DNA of 64,000 nucleotides from positions 43,972,884 through 44,036,883 of the forward strand of contig JASCQW010000133.1 of the NCBI GenBank assembly GCA_030264375.1. The letters run 5' to 3'. This document shows positions 62,563-64,000 of this stretch, one piece after another (within the stretch, counting starts at the first letter, position 1; every line of letters begins with the position of its first letter). This DNA is from Carcharhinus longimanus (taxonomy: Eukaryota). The position numbers and the translations under genes were made by a program. The notes beneath the pieces were generated by a model that did not search any database, was not told the origin of the DNA, and worked only from the letters and a program-made list of their open reading frames with translations.

Positions 62563-64000
62563 CACATTTTAGTTTTTTGACCTACCTAATTTTTTTATAT
62601 ATATAAAACTGTCCTGCAAAAAATCTCCAAAAATTTCTTGATTACCCTCTTCTTCTGGGATACAAATACTGGAGGCAGGAAGCAGCTTTCAGAATGCTAG
62701 TTTTTTAATTACATAATTCAGTTTAAAAAGACTCATTTTGCCAATCACACAAACTTTGAAATGATGCAATATGTTCCATTTTTGACACCTGGAAAGACAC
62801 TAAATATTGAAGCAGTTTTTGTACACTTCTGTATCTCTTGGAAGCACTTCAGATATGGACCAGTAACCATTACTAAAGGTCCTCCACAGATTACAACAAA
62901 AGCAATAAATCATGCGGCACTTTGCATTTTCTCCGAGAAAGGCAGGAATGTTGCTTTGAGCTCACATAAAATATCAAACGACATGTCAAAGTCAATAACA
63001 AATGAAGTCTGTTCTTAACTGATTTCTGGTACTTTCTAAATCCAATCTGTGCAGAACAAAAGATGCACTATCTTATTAAATGGTTTCCTTTGCAATTATT
63101 ATAGTAACTTTAAACCATCTGTAACACACATCCTTGTAAAGACGTTGTGTGTCTCGAATTGAAAGTGTTAAATTACTTGTTTTGCTAGCCTCTACATTTG
63201 GGAGTCTACCAACAGCACTTCAGACAAGCAAGGTCAGATCCTTGGTTCAAGCTGAATGCTCAATCAGCCAAGAGGACTGCAGACCAGGTCACATATGGAA
63301 ATCACTAAAGCTATTTCACTTGCCAGAGGTTATTAATAAATCTCCAGCTATTTCCTTAAGTAAATAATAGGATCCCATCTTTCAAACAAGGAACGTCTGT
63401 ATCTGTTATGGTACCAATTTTATCCTTCCTTTCTTCCCCCTGCAAAGAGGAAATACAAATCTCTGGTGACAACAATTGCAAACTGTGAATTATAAACATC
63501 CATGTGTCTTGGTTAAGGGCCTCTTACAATTTTCCTGACAGCTGCTAGTGCCTCATGGTTTATTTAGCGGCCGCTGTATAAGTTTTCTCAGGAACTCAGC
63601 CGTTGTGGTAACACCAGCCAGCTGCTGCTTCGTGATAAAGTTAAATATCCTCAATCAATTACATGGCTTAAAATGTCACCATGTCGCAAAATAATTTGTA
63701 CAGCATTAAACAGTGCCGCATCCCCCATTTTCTCTCACAGAATTAACTTTTAAAAATGGCTGGAGCGTAAGATGGAAATGGCCATTCATGCTGAAGGTCT
63801 GTTCTTATGGCAATTTAAATTTCTAGCCAAGCTCCAGTTTTGAATCTTAAAATAAAACTTTACACTACTGGTGTGAACATGCAGTCAGCTAAGATGGAAC
63901 AAAGATTTTTTTAAAAATTATTACAAATGCTATGTAGGGATCTTGATAATTAGGTTCATGTGGCGCATTAGCACACTTTGGGCAATCAAAGCCAACTGGG

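Overview
Eukaryotic, repeat-rich, almost entirely non-coding sequence from a gapped draft assembly. The repeats (HE1-like V-SINEs, DeuSINE-like and LF-SINE-like relics, CR1/L2 fragments) point to an elasmobranch, probably a shark; this is recognised from memory, not from a database search. No intact long CDS is present. The window looks like the 5' region of a long minus-strand gene that I cannot name: a CpG-rich first exon ending at 27366 plus several short candidate exons (49764-49946, an exon ending at 23209, 22548-22626, 8680-8728). Three things stand out. (1) A ~310-bp retroposon-like element with a U2 snRNA-derived head, a second internal U2-like copy and an AATAAA/A-rich tail (62250-62562, minus strand). 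(2) Penelope-like element (PLE) insertions with inverted termini, target-site duplications (TSDs), a GIY-YIG C-terminal remnant and minimal hammerhead ribozyme motifs showing a compensatory stem change. (3) A tRNA-like head shared between a SINE and two LINE copies. Repeat boundaries are approximate.
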